A stretch of 64,000 nt of DNA from Spirochaetota bacterium (GCA_965208615.1 CBDBPB010000004.1:224001-288000), one strand, 5' to 3'. Counted from the stretch's first letter, positions 1 to 11,308 are shown. The notes: generated from the sequence alone by a model not told the origin. Made by a program: numbers and translations.

Positions 1-620
1 TTTGAGTCCTCAGATGAACTCTTTTTAATATTTCCCTCAACATAAGGGGAGATAAAACTAGCAGAATAGTCATGTGTATGTCTAGTACTAAAATAAATCT
101 GAGGCCATGCCCTTATCCTTATATCATAATTATACCACTGAAATTCTACCGGTAAGTATATATAACTAGAGTCAATAACGAATCTTAATTCAGCCCCCCA
201 TTCACTACCTATAGCGGGGTACATTCCAATAAGACCTAAAGCAGTTAACTTAAAATTAATAAAGCTTTTATCTTCATCCTTTAGCTCTTTTTTTTGCTTA
301 TCTTTATCTTTTTTTTCTTTATCATCTGTATCCGGCTTTTTATCAACCACTCTCTCAACCACTCTCTCAACCACTCTCTCAACCGGCCTTTCAACTATCC
401 TTTCTATTACTCTCTCAACCGGCTTTTCTTTTACCTTTTCCACAGGCTTCTTTATAGGCTTTTCTACTGGTTTTCTTTTTATAGGCTTTTCTACCGGCCT
501 TCTATCTATTTTCTTTTCTGCCGCCTTTGGATCCCTTACATTTACTGCAGAATAAACATAACAAGGAACTATATAGTAACTTATTAATATAATAATAAAT
601 AAAGAATAAAATCTTAACAT
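1..620 (-). CDS. Partial (runs off window) secreted protein with Val/Glu/Lys/Arg/Pro repeat region followed by a probable beta-strand-rich domain; not in the ORF track
   Basis: Manual translation from ATG at 620: MLRFYSLFIIILISYYIVPCYVYSA (signal-peptide-like) then RRPVEKPIKRKPVEKPIKKPVEKVKEKPVERVIERIVERPVERVVERVVERVVDKK, then FINFKLTALGLIG...WGAELRFVIDSSYIYLPVEFQWY; frame open to position 3. Confidence 0.75.
   Translation of the reverse strand, partial: MLRFYSLFIIILISYYIVPCYVYSAVNVRDPKAAEKKIDRRPVEKPIKRKPVEKPIKKPVEKVKEKPVERVIERIVERPVERVVERVVERVVDKKPDTDDKEKKDKDKQKKELKDEDKSFINFKLTALGLIGMYPAIGSEWGAELRFVIDSSYIYLPVEFQWYNYDIRIRAWPQIYFSTRHTHDYSASFISPYVEGNIKKSSSEDS
343..384. repeat. 12-bp tandem repeat TCAACCACTCTC x3.5 (encodes the VERV repeats on the minus strand)
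   Basis: Direct reading: units at 343-354, 355-366, 367-378, partial 379-384. Confidence 0.9.
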
Positions 621-924
621 ATCAACTGCCCTATAATTGACTTTTTTTATAAAATAAACAAACTATTTTTTAACTTGTCCCTAATTCTAATTTAACACAG
701 TTTTTTTATATAAACTATAAAAAATACTAATTCTATAATAAATAACTAATAACATTATAGGTTTTTTAGTAAAAAGCTATGTTGTTATTAAAAATAATCT
801 AATATAGTTTCGGCTTTATTTTATGAAATTTTTTCTTTATTAGTAGATTAATTTTTTTTTATATAATATAGGCATATTATATTTAATTCTAAGCTTTTGA
901 TTACAGCATTAAAAACTTTTAGGG

Positions 925-2508
925 CTATTCCTTTAATGATAAAGTAAAATAAAAAGTTGTACCCTCATTAACCTTACTCTCTGCCCATATACGTCCACCA
1001 TGCTTATGTACAACTCTTTTTACAGTTGCTAAACCAATACCCGTACCCTCAAAGTCCTTTTCGGAGTGTAGTCTATGGAATACACTGAAAAGCCTGTTTG
1101 AGTACTTCATATCAAAACCAACACCGTTATCCTTAATATAATATACAAGTTCATTATTTTTGTTAATTTTTCCCATTTCAATTAAAGCTTTATCCTTATT
1201 CTTTGTAAACTTCCAAGAATTGCCAATAAGGTTCGAAAGCATAGTCTCCAACAAATACTTATCCCCTAATACTCTCATATCCCCCTTACAAATACACTGA
1301 ACATTCCTATCGGGATAATTAATTTTTAACTCTTCCATAATACCCTTTCCAAGCTCATCAAGCTGTACACTAGAAATCTCCAATTCTCCTTTTCTAACCC
1401 TAAACAGCTTTAACAAGTTATTGGTAAGCATCTCCATACGAGCTACACCGTTTTGTATTCGATTTATATAATCCTTACCAAAATCATCTATAATATCTTT
1501 ATAATCCTCTTCTAATGCACTAGAAAATCCAGAAATACTCCTAAGTGGTGCCCTCAAATCATGGGATACAGAATAAGCAAATGCCTCAAGCTCTTTATTA
1601 ACTGTTTCCAGTTGCTCAGTACGCAGTTTAACTCTACTTTCTAAATCTTCGTTTAGCTTTTTAATCTCTATTTCATTTTTTTTATGCTCGGTTATGTCTA
1701 TAGAAATAAGGTGTATTGCCATAAGCCTATTTAAACTGTTATATATAGGAAAACCATAAGCTAGCCTCCAAAAGCTTTTGCCATCTTTTCTTTCAGTAAT
1801 AATCTCTATGCCATTAGTAGTAATACCTTTACTAGCCTTAGCAAAAATTATATCCTTTACTTCAATATCTGTACCATTTTCATAAAAGTCCTTCCATGTT
1901 TTCTTAAATTTAGATAAAGGTTCACCTATCTCATACTCACCTTTCTCAATACCAAACATCTCTATATACGCTCTATTAAAAACTTCAATTTTCATATCTG
2001 GTGCAGTAATCAAAGACATGGGAATTGGGGATTGTTCAATAACACTATTTAACAAGTATTTCGAGTTAACCAACTCTTTTTGCATTTTTTTATAGTTCTG
2101 TCCTTCTATTAGCAGTTGATTATTCACTTTAAGTAATTCTTCTTCCACCTTATAAACACGCAATGCAACCTGGATATTTGAATATAGTACACAGTTATGG
2201 AATGGTGTTATAATGAAAAGTTCATCAGCTTTTATCTTATTGATAATTCTATCATCATTATTAACAATATAAATAAATGGTACCTCAATAGTATTTCTAA
2301 TTTTATCAGCTATATCTATACTATCTGACCTTTCAGTTATAAGAATTATAATATCCGGTCTATTTCCTTCTTTTATCGAAGTAATGACCTCTTCACCTTG
2401 TGAAAAAAGCCCTATAACTTCATAGCCTCCATTTTCTAATATACTCTTAATACTATGGTTTGTTGACTCTTTATCCTCAATTACCAGAACCTTAGCTTTT
2501 GTGAACAT
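925..2508 (-). CDS. Sensor histidine kinase: degenerate receiver + PAS + HisKA + HATPase
   Basis: H-box FAYSVSHDLRAPLR, N-box NLIGNSWKF, G1 DNGVGF, G2 GTGIGL; N-terminal VLVIED receiver-like fold; PAS end DITEHKK. Confidence 0.9.
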   Translation of the reverse strand: MFTKAKVLVIEDKESTNHSIKSILENGGYEVIGLFSQGEEVITSIKEGNRPDIIILITERSDSIDIADKIRNTIEVPFIYIVNNDDRIINKIKADELFIITPFHNCVLYSNIQVALRVYKVEEELLKVNNQLLIEGQNYKKMQKELVNSKYLLNSVIEQSPIPMSLITAPDMKIEVFNRAYIEMFGIEKGEYEIGEPLSKFKKTWKDFYENGTDIEVKDIIFAKASKGITTNGIEIITERKDGKSFWRLAYGFPIYNSLNRLMAIHLISIDITEHKKNEIEIKKLNEDLESRVKLRTEQLETVNKELEAFAYSVSHDLRAPLRSISGFSSALEEDYKDIIDDFGKDYINRIQNGVARMEMLTNNLLKLFRVRKGELEISSVQLDELGKGIMEELKINYPDRNVQCICKGDMRVLGDKYLLETMLSNLIGNSWKFTKNKDKALIEMGKINKNNELVYYIKDNGVGFDMKYSNRLFSVFHRLHSEKDFEGTGIGLATVKRVVHKHGGRIWAESKVNEGTTFYFTLSLKE

Positions 2509-2980
2509 TTAGTTTTCCTTATTAATATACCTACATTTTTAGATTTAATAATAACGAAAGTGCTTTTTTTATAGTTAATCCCGAACAAAAAAAAAACGAT
2601 TTTATAATTAGAAATTATGGTTAAAATCATGCCTATATTATGTTAACATATTTTAACTTACTTATATAAATTGTAACACCTATATGTTATCAATCATTCT
2701 CTTGGCTATTGTAAAAACATTCTTAGGTAAGAATCATTTTTCTTAGAAAATACCTTTTTTATTGTATCCTGAATTCAAATTCAATTATAAAAATTGACAT
2801 ATCTATAATAAAATGTTAGCTTTGATTAAAAAAATAATAATAGACTATTCTATCCTATACATTAATAATTTTTATACCTTAATTTAGCTAACTAACTTTG
2901 TTATATAGTAAATTTTGATTATATTTTCTTTAACAAATAAACATAGTTAATTAATTTATTAAATAATTATAGAATGTAAT

Positions 2981-4604
2981 ATGGTATACAAAGATCATCC
3001 AATACTAGACTATCACGAAACTAGTAAACATCATTATCATAAACTTGCTAATGCTCCACAGTATATGGACTGGGCTAATCAACCTAATCCTTTTAGACAG
3101 TATAAAGGAACAAAACAAATCGAACTCCCCTTACTAAAAAATGATCTCAATGTAAAATATTTAAACCTATATAACCGTAATAATAACCTATTCCAAGAAT
3201 TCAATATAAAAAATATATCATCATTTTTAGAACTATCCCTAGGCATATCCGCTTGGAAAGTTTTAGAGTCCTCCAAATGGTCTCTACGTATAAACCCATC
3301 CAGCGGCAATCTGCATCCAATAGAAGCCTATCTTTTACTACCCCAATTAGATAAAGGTGATCCAGGAATATACCACTATAACGCTTTTTCTCACTCACTA
3401 GAACTAAGAGCAAAATCCTCAACTAATTCTAGTAAATGGCTGTCCCTACACTTCGAAACTAATGGCTTCTTTATTGCCCTATCAACAATATTCTGGAGAG
3501 AATCATGGAAATATGGAGAAAGAGCATTTAGATACTGCCAAAACCGATGTAGGCCATGCCATAGCCTGTATATCATTTTCTGCCAATATCCACGGGTGGA
3601 AAGCCGTATATTTAAATGCCTTATCTGATGACGATATAGACGATATGTTCGGACTAAAAAAACATCACTCAGTAGAAGAAGAAAAAGAACATCCTGCATT
3701 GGCCTTTTTTATACATAATCCAAAAGATAATACTTCTAAACGAGGCGTTCCAAACTACTTTATAGAAAAATGTTCTAATCTTATATTCCATGGTCAGCCT
3801 AACAAACTTAGTAAAACTCATCTAAAATGGAACGGTATTAATTCAATAGCATCTGCCAGCCGTAAAAAAAGATCACCCTCTAAGATTATTACACTCACTG
3901 AAAAAAATATAATAAATAATATAAAATCCGAACTAACTGCTATACAAATTATTCGTAATAGACGAAGTGGTATATCATATGACTGCAAAACTTATATTAC
4001 AAAAAATCAATTAATATCTATACTAGATAAAACCATCCCTAGGTATAACCATGCTCCCTTTGATGCAGAAATAATTGAACCTTCTACCCATCTTCTTCTA
4101 TTCATCCACAGAGTCAAAGACCTAAAAGAAGGATTATACTTTTTAATAAGAAATCCTAAACATCTTGACTCTATTAAAACATCTAGCAACCCCAAGTTTA
4201 AATGGAGTAGTATAACAGAATTACTCCCCTTATACCTCTTAAAAGAAGGTAATTATCAGGAAGAAGCTATTAATATATGCTGTAATCAAAGTATTGCCGG
4301 TGACTGTACTTTTACAGTTGCTATGCTATCCAAATTTAGCGATAATATAAGACAAGGCAATGAACTATATCGTCATCTATTTTGGGAAGCAGGTATGATA
4401 GGTCAAGTGCTATATTTAGAGGCTGAGGCAAATAAACTTAGAGGTACTGGTATTGGATGTTATTTCGATGATGCTATCCATGATATTATGGGTCTAACAG
4501 GATATGCTTATCAATGTCTTTATCAATTTGCAATAGGAGGATATATCGAAAAAGCCCAGCTTAAAACTATACCTCCATACAACCACCTTAATAAGATAAC
4601 TTAA
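2981..4604 (+). pseudogene. SagB/ThcOx-like nitroreductase-family protein split by one extra base near 3540 (ORFs 2981-3628 and 3462-4604); may be an assembly error
   Basis: YHETSKH, DWANQPNPFR, LRINPSSGNLHP and WRESWKYGERAFRYCQ in frame 1 continue as DVGHA ... LFWEAGMIGQVLYLEAEA ... GTGIGCYFDD in frame 2; joined product about 540 aa. Confidence 0.8.
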
Positions 4605-4743
4605 ATATCATAATAAATTAATACCTCTATAGCATAACACACTAATTTAGACACTTTTTTTAGACTAACATAAAATACTACTATACTTTATAAAAAAATA
4701 AAGTTATCTTAATTTTAAGTGAACTACGTTATGAGGAAAGAAT

Positions 4744-5961
4744 ATGAAAGTTAGAGTACCTATTACACTTAAGAAAAAACATTCTCTATCTGTTATACTT
4801 GATGAACCTATGGTATTACAATCCCATTACTATAATTCTGGTTTGCAAAACCTTATTTTGAACAAAACCAAAAATGATATGTCTTATATACTGATTGACT
4901 CTGCTCACTCTGTCGCCTATGATCAGCTTATTAAGCTTTATGAATATAATAATACTACTGCTTTCGAAGAAAAGCTTACTATCGCGGCTGGTCTATATAA
5001 GATCCTCGGTTTTGGACGCTTGGACTTCTCTAAATTAGAAGATGAGAATATTGTTACTGTTCCCTATAGTAATTATAACTTTTCTTTTGATGGATCTATA
5101 AATAAAAATAGAACTAATTGTTATTTTACTTGTGGATTCATAGAGGCAGTTATATCCTCTGCTAAAAATGAACCTATGGGATCTTATGCTGTTATCGAAA
5201 AAGACTATTCTTATACTAGTGGCCATAGGTCTATATTCCAAGTAACTAAGTTATCTCTACCACGAGCTATTGTAAAAAGTCCTTATATAGGTTCCCTTTA
5301 TGATCCGCCTATTAAGCGCAACCTCCATAATATGCTGGGAGAAGAAGATATTGTTAAAAGCATTACAAGACTTAATATGTCAAGTAATCAAAAGGGACTT
5401 ATTTATTACTTTGGTATTTACTTAACCCGTCACTATGCCAACTATTATAACTTAGTTTCTAATTTATTTATAAAAAAACTGGAAGACTCTAAAAACAATA
5501 TAGGACTATTATTTTATAACTTGGCAGAAAGATCCTCCTACTATACTTTCGGCTCTATTATGAAGTCCAATGAGTGGAATACTATAGTCACTCCCTTTGT
5601 AGATAAAAAAGAGGACTTAGTATACGCTACCGTTGCATGGATTAACTCCCTAAGTTGGGGTACATGGAATATTAAAGAATTAGTTGCCGAAGAAGGTGCT
5701 GTAATAAATATTTTTGGTAGTTATGAGTCTAACGGATATATCGGACTTTTTGGTAAAAGTGCTATTAACTGTTCATGTCATACTGCGGTTGGTACGCTGG
5801 CTGGTCTTATGAATCTTATTTACTTAAATAACTTTCCATTATCTCCAGAGACTGATTATGAAAATATGATTATAAATAATAAATATTCCTTTATAGCAGA
5901 AGAAACCAGATGCCGTTCTAAGGGCGATTCTATCTGTGAAGTCGTAGTTACACGACGATAG
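4744..5961 (+). CDS. Protein with two tandem V4R (4-vinyl reductase)-like domains
   Basis: C-terminal EETRCRSKGDSICEVVV V4R signature; repeated architecture (LGFGRL...CYFTCGFIEA and LSWGTW...CHTAVGTLAG). Confidence 0.65.
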   Translation: MKVRVPITLKKKHSLSVILDEPMVLQSHYYNSGLQNLILNKTKNDMSYILIDSAHSVAYDQLIKLYEYNNTTAFEEKLTIAAGLYKILGFGRLDFSKLEDENIVTVPYSNYNFSFDGSINKNRTNCYFTCGFIEAVISSAKNEPMGSYAVIEKDYSYTSGHRSIFQVTKLSLPRAIVKSPYIGSLYDPPIKRNLHNMLGEEDIVKSITRLNMSSNQKGLIYYFGIYLTRHYANYYNLVSNLFIKKLEDSKNNIGLLFYNLAERSSYYTFGSIMKSNEWNTIVTPFVDKKEDLVYATVAWINSLSWGTWNIKELVAEEGAVINIFGSYESNGYIGLFGKSAINCSCHTAVGTLAGLMNLIYLNNFPLSPETDYENMIINNKYSFIAEETRCRSKGDSICEVVVTRR

Positions 5962-5988
5962 ATCTATTAAGTTGGTGGTAATATAAAT

Positions 5989-7314
5989 ATGAGTAAAATA
6001 GAGGCTAGGAACTTTAAAGGCACTAGAGATTATCTTCCTGCTGAGATGATAATCCGTAATAGCATGATTAATAGTATTAAAACGGTTTTTGAGAAATATG
6101 GATTCCTACCGTTAGAGTCTCCTGCAATAGAATATCTAAATGTATTAATGGGAAAGTATGGAGAAGAGGGAGATAAGTTAATATACCGTCTTGATTATAA
6201 GGGTGGTAACGTGGCTGGAATGAAATATGATCTTACTGTCCCTCTAGCAAGGGTTATAAGCCAGCATTCAGAATTATTATTTCCTTTTAAGCGTTATCAA
6301 ATACAACCTGTTTGGCGTGCTGATCGTCCCCAGCCTAATCAGGGACGTTTTAGGGAGTTTTATCAATGTGATGCTGATGTTATTGGTATTAGCTCTCTTA
6401 CTGCTGATGCAGAAATAATAGCTCTGACTTATGAGATCTTGTCCATATTAAATATTGGTAAGTTTGTTATTAGGATTAACAATAGAAAATTACTTTCTGG
6501 AATTATGGAATACGCTGGTTTATCTACTGATAAAGAAGTCGATTTATGCAAAGCTATAGATAAGCTTGATAAGATTGGCATAGAGGGCGTTAGGGGTGAG
6601 CTTGACAAATATGGATTTTCTACTAAGGTAATAAATAGGATTTTTGATTTACTCTCTTTAGAAGGTGAATATCCGGATATAATTAAGGATATTAAAAATA
6701 TTATGTCTAAAAGTGTTTATGCCTCTAAAGCCATTGACGAGTTAGTTGAGGTCTTTAATTATCTTAGCTATATTGGCATACCCAATCATAGTCTAAAGCT
6801 TGACCTATATTTAGTTAGGGGGCTGGATTACTATACTGGTACTATTTATGAGTCTTCATCTATTGAGCTACCCCATATTGGTAGCCTGACTGGTGGCGGA
6901 CGTTATGATAATTTAATTGCTTCATTTGGATATAAAAATACGCCTGCTGTTGGGGTTACTATTGGCCTTGATCGTATATACACTGTACTAAAGCAACTTA
7001 ATGCTATTAATTATAGGAATTCTATATCGGATGTTCTCGTTGCTATTTTTGATAAACATGCCATAAAAAGATCGTTTAGGCTTACTTCCTTGCTTAGGAA
7101 TGCCGGTATTAAAACTGAGATGTTTTATGAGCCTGTTAAATTAAAGAAACAGTTTTCTTATGCCAATAAGAAAAACATCCCTTATGTTGTTCTGCAAGGT
7201 GATTCTGAGTTAAGTAGTGCTAAGATTAGGGTTAAGGATTTACAATCTGGAAACCAGAACTTAGTCGATGAAAATAATATAGTTAATTATTTAAGGTCTC
7301 TATTAGGTGAATAG
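5989..7314 (+). CDS. hisS: Histidine--tRNA ligase
   Basis: [42 protein letters not shown] motifs. Confidence 0.97.
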   Translation: MSKIEARNFKGTRDYLPAEMIIRNSMINSIKTVFEKYGFLPLESPAIEYLNVLMGKYGEEGDKLIYRLDYKGGNVAGMKYDLTVPLARVISQHSELLFPFKRYQIQPVWRADRPQPNQGRFREFYQCDADVIGISSLTADAEIIALTYEILSILNIGKFVIRINNRKLLSGIMEYAGLSTDKEVDLCKAIDKLDKIGIEGVRGELDKYGFSTKVINRIFDLLSLEGEYPDIIKDIKNIMSKSVYASKAIDELVEVFNYLSYIGIPNHSLKLDLYLVRGLDYYTGTIYESSSIELPHIGSLTGGGRYDNLIASFGYKNTPAVGVTIGLDRIYTVLKQLNAINYRNSISDVLVAIFDKHAIKRSFRLTSLLRNAGIKTEMFYEPVKLKKQFSYANKKNIPYVVLQGDSELSSAKIRVKDLQSGNQNLVDENNIVNYLRSLLGE

Positions 7315-8092
7315 ATTAGCTGTTATGACCATCGCTGGATCAGATAGCGGTGCTGGAGCAGGTATACAGGCTGATCTAAAGACCTTTTCTGCCTTAGGGT
7401 GCTACGGCACATCCGTTATAACTGCTGTCACTGCTCAAAATACTAAAAAGGTTTACTCAATAATGCCTGTTGAACCCTCTATTGTTGGGGATCAGCTTAA
7501 GGCTATACTCGATGATTTTTCTATTGCCGCTGTCAAAACTGGTATGCTATACTCCAAAGCCATAGTGGAGGTATTATTACATAATATTAAGGGTATATCT
7601 AATTTAGTTGTTGACCCTGTTATGTTATCCACTTCTGGTATGCCTTTACTGTCTGATAACGCAATAGAGTATATTATTGATAATCTTTTCCCTATGACAA
7701 AGCTTATTACCCCTAATCTCTATGAAATGCAGGTTATAGTTGGACGTACTTTACTTAGTCATAGCGATATAGAACTAGCATGCAAAGAGCTATTTAATAA
7801 AATAGCTACATCTATTTTGGTTAAAGGCGGGCATTTTGAGGGCGATGCTTGTGATATATTATTCGATGGAAATAATTTTAATTATTTTAATACCAAGCGT
7901 ATAGACAATATTAAAACCCATGGTACTGGATGTACTTTATCATCGGCTATTGTTTGCTATTTAGCAATGGGATATTCACTTATTAACTCGATCAGCAATG
8001 CAAAAGACTATGTTACCAATGGTATTATTCACTCTTACCCTGTGGGAAATGGATACACTCCACTAAATCATTTTTGGTCCAGAGATATTTAG
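7307..8092 (+). CDS. thiD: Hydroxymethylpyrimidine/phosphomethylpyrimidine kinase
   Basis: [44 protein letters not shown]. Confidence 0.95.
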   Translation: MNRLAVMTIAGSDSGAGAGIQADLKTFSALGCYGTSVITAVTAQNTKKVYSIMPVEPSIVGDQLKAILDDFSIAAVKTGMLYSKAIVEVLLHNIKGISNLVVDPVMLSTSGMPLLSDNAIEYIIDNLFPMTKLITPNLYEMQVIVGRTLLSHSDIELACKELFNKIATSILVKGGHFEGDACDILFDGNNFNYFNTKRIDNIKTHGTGCTLSSAIVCYLAMGYSLINSISNAKDYVTNGIIHSYPVGNGYTPLNHFWSRDI

Positions 8093-8535
8093 CTTGACTA
8101 ACAATAAAAAGTCAATACTAACCTATTATAAAACTATATAACAGTTTACATGTAAAAATTTATTATCCTTTGACTATTAACTGTATATTTAGTATATTAA
8201 AATAATATGTCTTACATTAGAAATTAACTCTTTCTTCAATGTTATATTTTCTTGCTCTACAAAGAGGTCTAAAATAGGTTTATTTTGGCGTTATATGTTT
8301 TTAATATAAGCTAAAACTTATTATAAAGTAATACTACTTATTTTTAGCCTTATCAATAATAGCTTTTTATTATATTTATGTAGGCTTGCCCTTTAGAAAC
8401 AGGTTGACACGTTTACTAACAAAGAAATAACTCTATAATAATATAAATTAATTTGTTTTTTTTTTAATAGTCTGTTATAATTACGATTGCTCTAAAAAGT
8501 CATTATAAAAGATACTTATACTTTGGAGGACGTAT

Positions 8536-9926
8536 ATGTCGTTTAGTATAAAGGAACTTATAAGCTCCCGTATGAGTGAAGGATATGACCTTCATAAAAA
8601 ATATATTAATCCTCAATTTGTTAGGGTATTAAAAACTATTGGATTTGATCGAAACTATGTTAAAGGAAATGGGTTATTCCTCTATGACAAACTGGGGAAT
8701 AGATATTTAGACTTTTTAGGGGGTTACGGTGTTTTTAACCTAGGTAGAGAACATCCTAAAATTAAGGATGCCCTTAAGGAGATTTTGGATATAGGCCCTG
8801 CTAACCTGGTTCAGATGGACTGCTCTTTATATAGTGGACTACTGGCTGAAGAATTAGTTAAACGGTGTAAGCCAAATATCGATACTGTTTTTTTTACTAA
8901 TTCTGGGACTGAGGCAGTAGAATGTGCAATTAAGTTTGCAAGATGCTATACCAAAAAAGACTCTATAATACATTGTAATAATTCATTTCATGGTCTTACA
9001 ATGGGAGCTCTTTCTGTTAATGGAGATAATCATTTTACCGATGGCTTTGGAAAACTATTAAACGGGATGATTAATATTCCATTTAATGACCTCGAATCCT
9101 TGGATAAAGCATTAAAAACTAATAAGGCAGCTGCATTCATAGTTGAACCTATACAGGGAAAAGGTGTTAACATAGCAAATAATGACTACTTTTATGAGGC
9201 AAAACGTCTTTGTGATAAATATGGTGTATTATTTATAGTTGATGAGATACAGTGTGGACTTGGAAGAACTGGTAAATTCTTCGCATACGAACATTGGAAC
9301 ATTGAACCAGATATAATCACTATATCAAAGGCACTTAGCGGAGGATATATCCCTGTTGGTGCTGTTTTATACTCCAGGGATATATATAACAAGGTATTCT
9401 CTAGGATGGATCGCAGTGTAGTTCACTCATCCACCTTTGGGGGCAATATTATGGCAATGGTTGCTGGAATAGCTACCCTTAAAGTAATTGATGCAGAAAA
9501 CCTTATTGAAAACGCTTATAACATGGGAAAACTATTTTAAAAATATTATCACCCTTAAAGAAAAAATACGAACTCGTTAAAGATATAAGGGGTATGGGCC
9601 TTATGATTGCCATTGAGTTTGGTAATCCCAAATCGCTAAAAATGAAAACCGCATGGAAGTTCATTCAGGGGGTAAATAAAAATATCTTTTCACAAATGGT
9701 AGTTATACCCCTTTTTAACAAATATAATATTCTTACTCAGGTTGCAGGACATGAAATTAACGTTATTAAATTACTCCCCCCTTTAACTATCACAAAAAAA
9801 GAGCTTGAGTATTTTTCTATGGCCTTAGATAATGTTTTATCCGAATGCCATAAGTTTCCAGGAGCTTTATGGGATTTTGCCGTCGATCTTGTTAAACACA
9901 ATATTAAAGATAGACAAATGGAATAA
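8536..9926 (+). pseudogene. Class III PLP aminotransferase, HpnO-like, split by a one-base deletion at about 9535-9538 (ORFs 8536-9540 and 9594-9926); may be an assembly error
   Basis: INPQFVRVLKTIGFD, DFLGGYGVFNLG, NSGTEAVE, EPIQGKG, DEIQCGLGRTG, SKALSGG, VHSSTF; adding one T to TTTT(9535-9538) gives LFLKILSPLKKKYELVKDIRGMGL and a 463-aa product. Confidence 0.8.
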
Positions 9927-9932
9927 TCATAG

Positions 9933-10499
9933 ATGAAAAACCGCTGTAACTGGGTTACTAAGGATGATATTTATATATCCTATCACGATTATGAGTGGGG
10001 TGTTCCTGAATATGATAGCTATAAGTTATTTGAACACCTAATATTAGATAGCCATCAAGCCGGACTATCTTGGTTAACCATATTAAAAAAAAGGGATAAT
10101 TATAGAATGGCTTTTGATAATTTTGATCCTAATAAAATCGCTCTATACGATGATTATAAAATCCTTAGTTTGCTTAATGATAAAGGGATTATCAGAAACA
10201 AGCTAAAAATTAATTCTACTATTCATAATGCCAAAGCATTTTTAAACATCCAAAAAGAGACTACTAGTTTTAGTAATTATATATGGTCATTTACTGGCGG
10301 TAGAACAAAGAATAGTAGTTATTCTTCTAGTGAGGATATACCAACAAAAACTCCAGAGTCCGAGTCTATGGCTAAGGGGCTTAAAAATTGGGGATTTAAA
10401 TTCATTGGACCAACTATTTGTTATGCTTTTATGCAGGCCGTAGGAATGGTTAACGACCATACAACTGACTGTTTTAGATATTATGAACTTTTGGAGTAA
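9933..10499 (+). CDS. tag: DNA-3-methyladenine glycosylase I
   Basis: RCNW, YHDYEWGVP, QAGLSW, IIRNKLKI, FMQAVGMVNDH...C. Confidence 0.95.
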   Translation: MKNRCNWVTKDDIYISYHDYEWGVPEYDSYKLFEHLILDSHQAGLSWLTILKKRDNYRMAFDNFDPNKIALYDDYKILSLLNDKGIIRNKLKINSTIHNAKAFLNIQKETTSFSNYIWSFTGGRTKNSSYSSSEDIPTKTPESESMAKGLKNWGFKFIGPTICYAFMQAVGMVNDHTTDCFRYYELLE

Positions 10500-11220
10500 T
10501 CTTATGGATAGGGATAGATTAAAGACTATATTTAATAATATTGATCTTATCATTTTTGACATAGACGGCGTCTTGGTAGATGTTAGTACCTCCTATAGAA
10601 AAGCAATTAAAAAAACTGCTGAATATTTTAATGCTGGTGAGATTACTAAAAATGACATACAACTACTAAAAGATGAGGGTGGATTTAATAATGACTGGGA
10701 TCTAACTTATGAATTACTTAAACGCAGGGGTATATCTATACCTATGAATGATGTTATTACTCGCTTTCAGTCATACTATTGGAGTAATAATGGTGATGGA
10801 CTTATACTTAATGAAAAGTGGCTCCTTAATAAAGACATTTTGGATAAGCTATCCAAGGTTTATCGCTTAGCTATTTTCACTGGTAGACCTAAAATAGAGG
10901 CTAACTTTGTGTTGAAAAAAAACACGGCATCTAATTACTTTAGCCCTGTTATAGCTATGGAAGACGTTACTAATGGTAAACCTGATCCAGAGGGTATAAA
11001 TACTATATGTAATTCCCTTGATATTGGCTTTGAAAAAGTTTGTTATTTAGGGGATACTCTTGATGATATTAACTGTGCCAAAAGTGCTAGAGTTGTTCCT
11101 ATTGGCGTTATCCCCCCTGAAATTAACTACGATATTACTACTAGGTTTTATAAAGTGGGAGCATTTGGTGTTTTAAACAGTGTTAACGATTTAATTTATT
11201 ATCTTAATAAAACTTACTAA
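10483..11220 (+). CDS. HAD-superfamily hydrolase (true start probably ATG about 10504)
   Basis: FDIDGVLVDV motif I, GFNNDWD, TGRP, KPDPEG, GDTLDD. Confidence 0.85.
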   Translation: MNFWSNLMDRDRLKTIFNNIDLIIFDIDGVLVDVSTSYRKAIKKTAEYFNAGEITKNDIQLLKDEGGFNNDWDLTYELLKRRGISIPMNDVITRFQSYYWSNNGDGLILNEKWLLNKDILDKLSKVYRLAIFTGRPKIEANFVLKKNTASNYFSPVIAMEDVTNGKPDPEGINTICNSLDIGFEKVCYLGDTLDDINCAKSARVVPIGVIPPEINYDITTRFYKVGAFGVLNSVNDLIYYLNKTY

Positions 11221-11308
11221 ACAAAGTTTTTTTTATCAATATGTTAGAATATTTGTTAACTTTATGGTATATTAAATATTAGTATACAAGTTAAAAAGGG
11301 CAAATAAA

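Noticed and set aside
294-587. 97-aa plus-strand ORF with NHSL repeats
   Set aside because: Antisense shadow of the repeat-containing minus-strand gene starting at 620
2981-4604. SagB/ThcOx-like gene as part of an azole RiPP cluster with the radical SAM operon
   Set aside because: About 9 kb away, separated by housekeeping genes; no YcaO cyclodehydratase in the window; stand-alone members of this family are common
8093-8535. Long intergenic region after thiD as a TPP or other riboswitch
   Set aside because: No TPP core (CTGAGA...CCTGA) or other recognisable aptamer; only AT-rich promoter-like sequence
9529-9545. Programmed -1 ribosomal frameshift in the aminotransferase
   Set aside because: In-frame codons CTA TTT TAA do not form an X XXY YYZ slippery heptamer; a homopolymer indel is simpler
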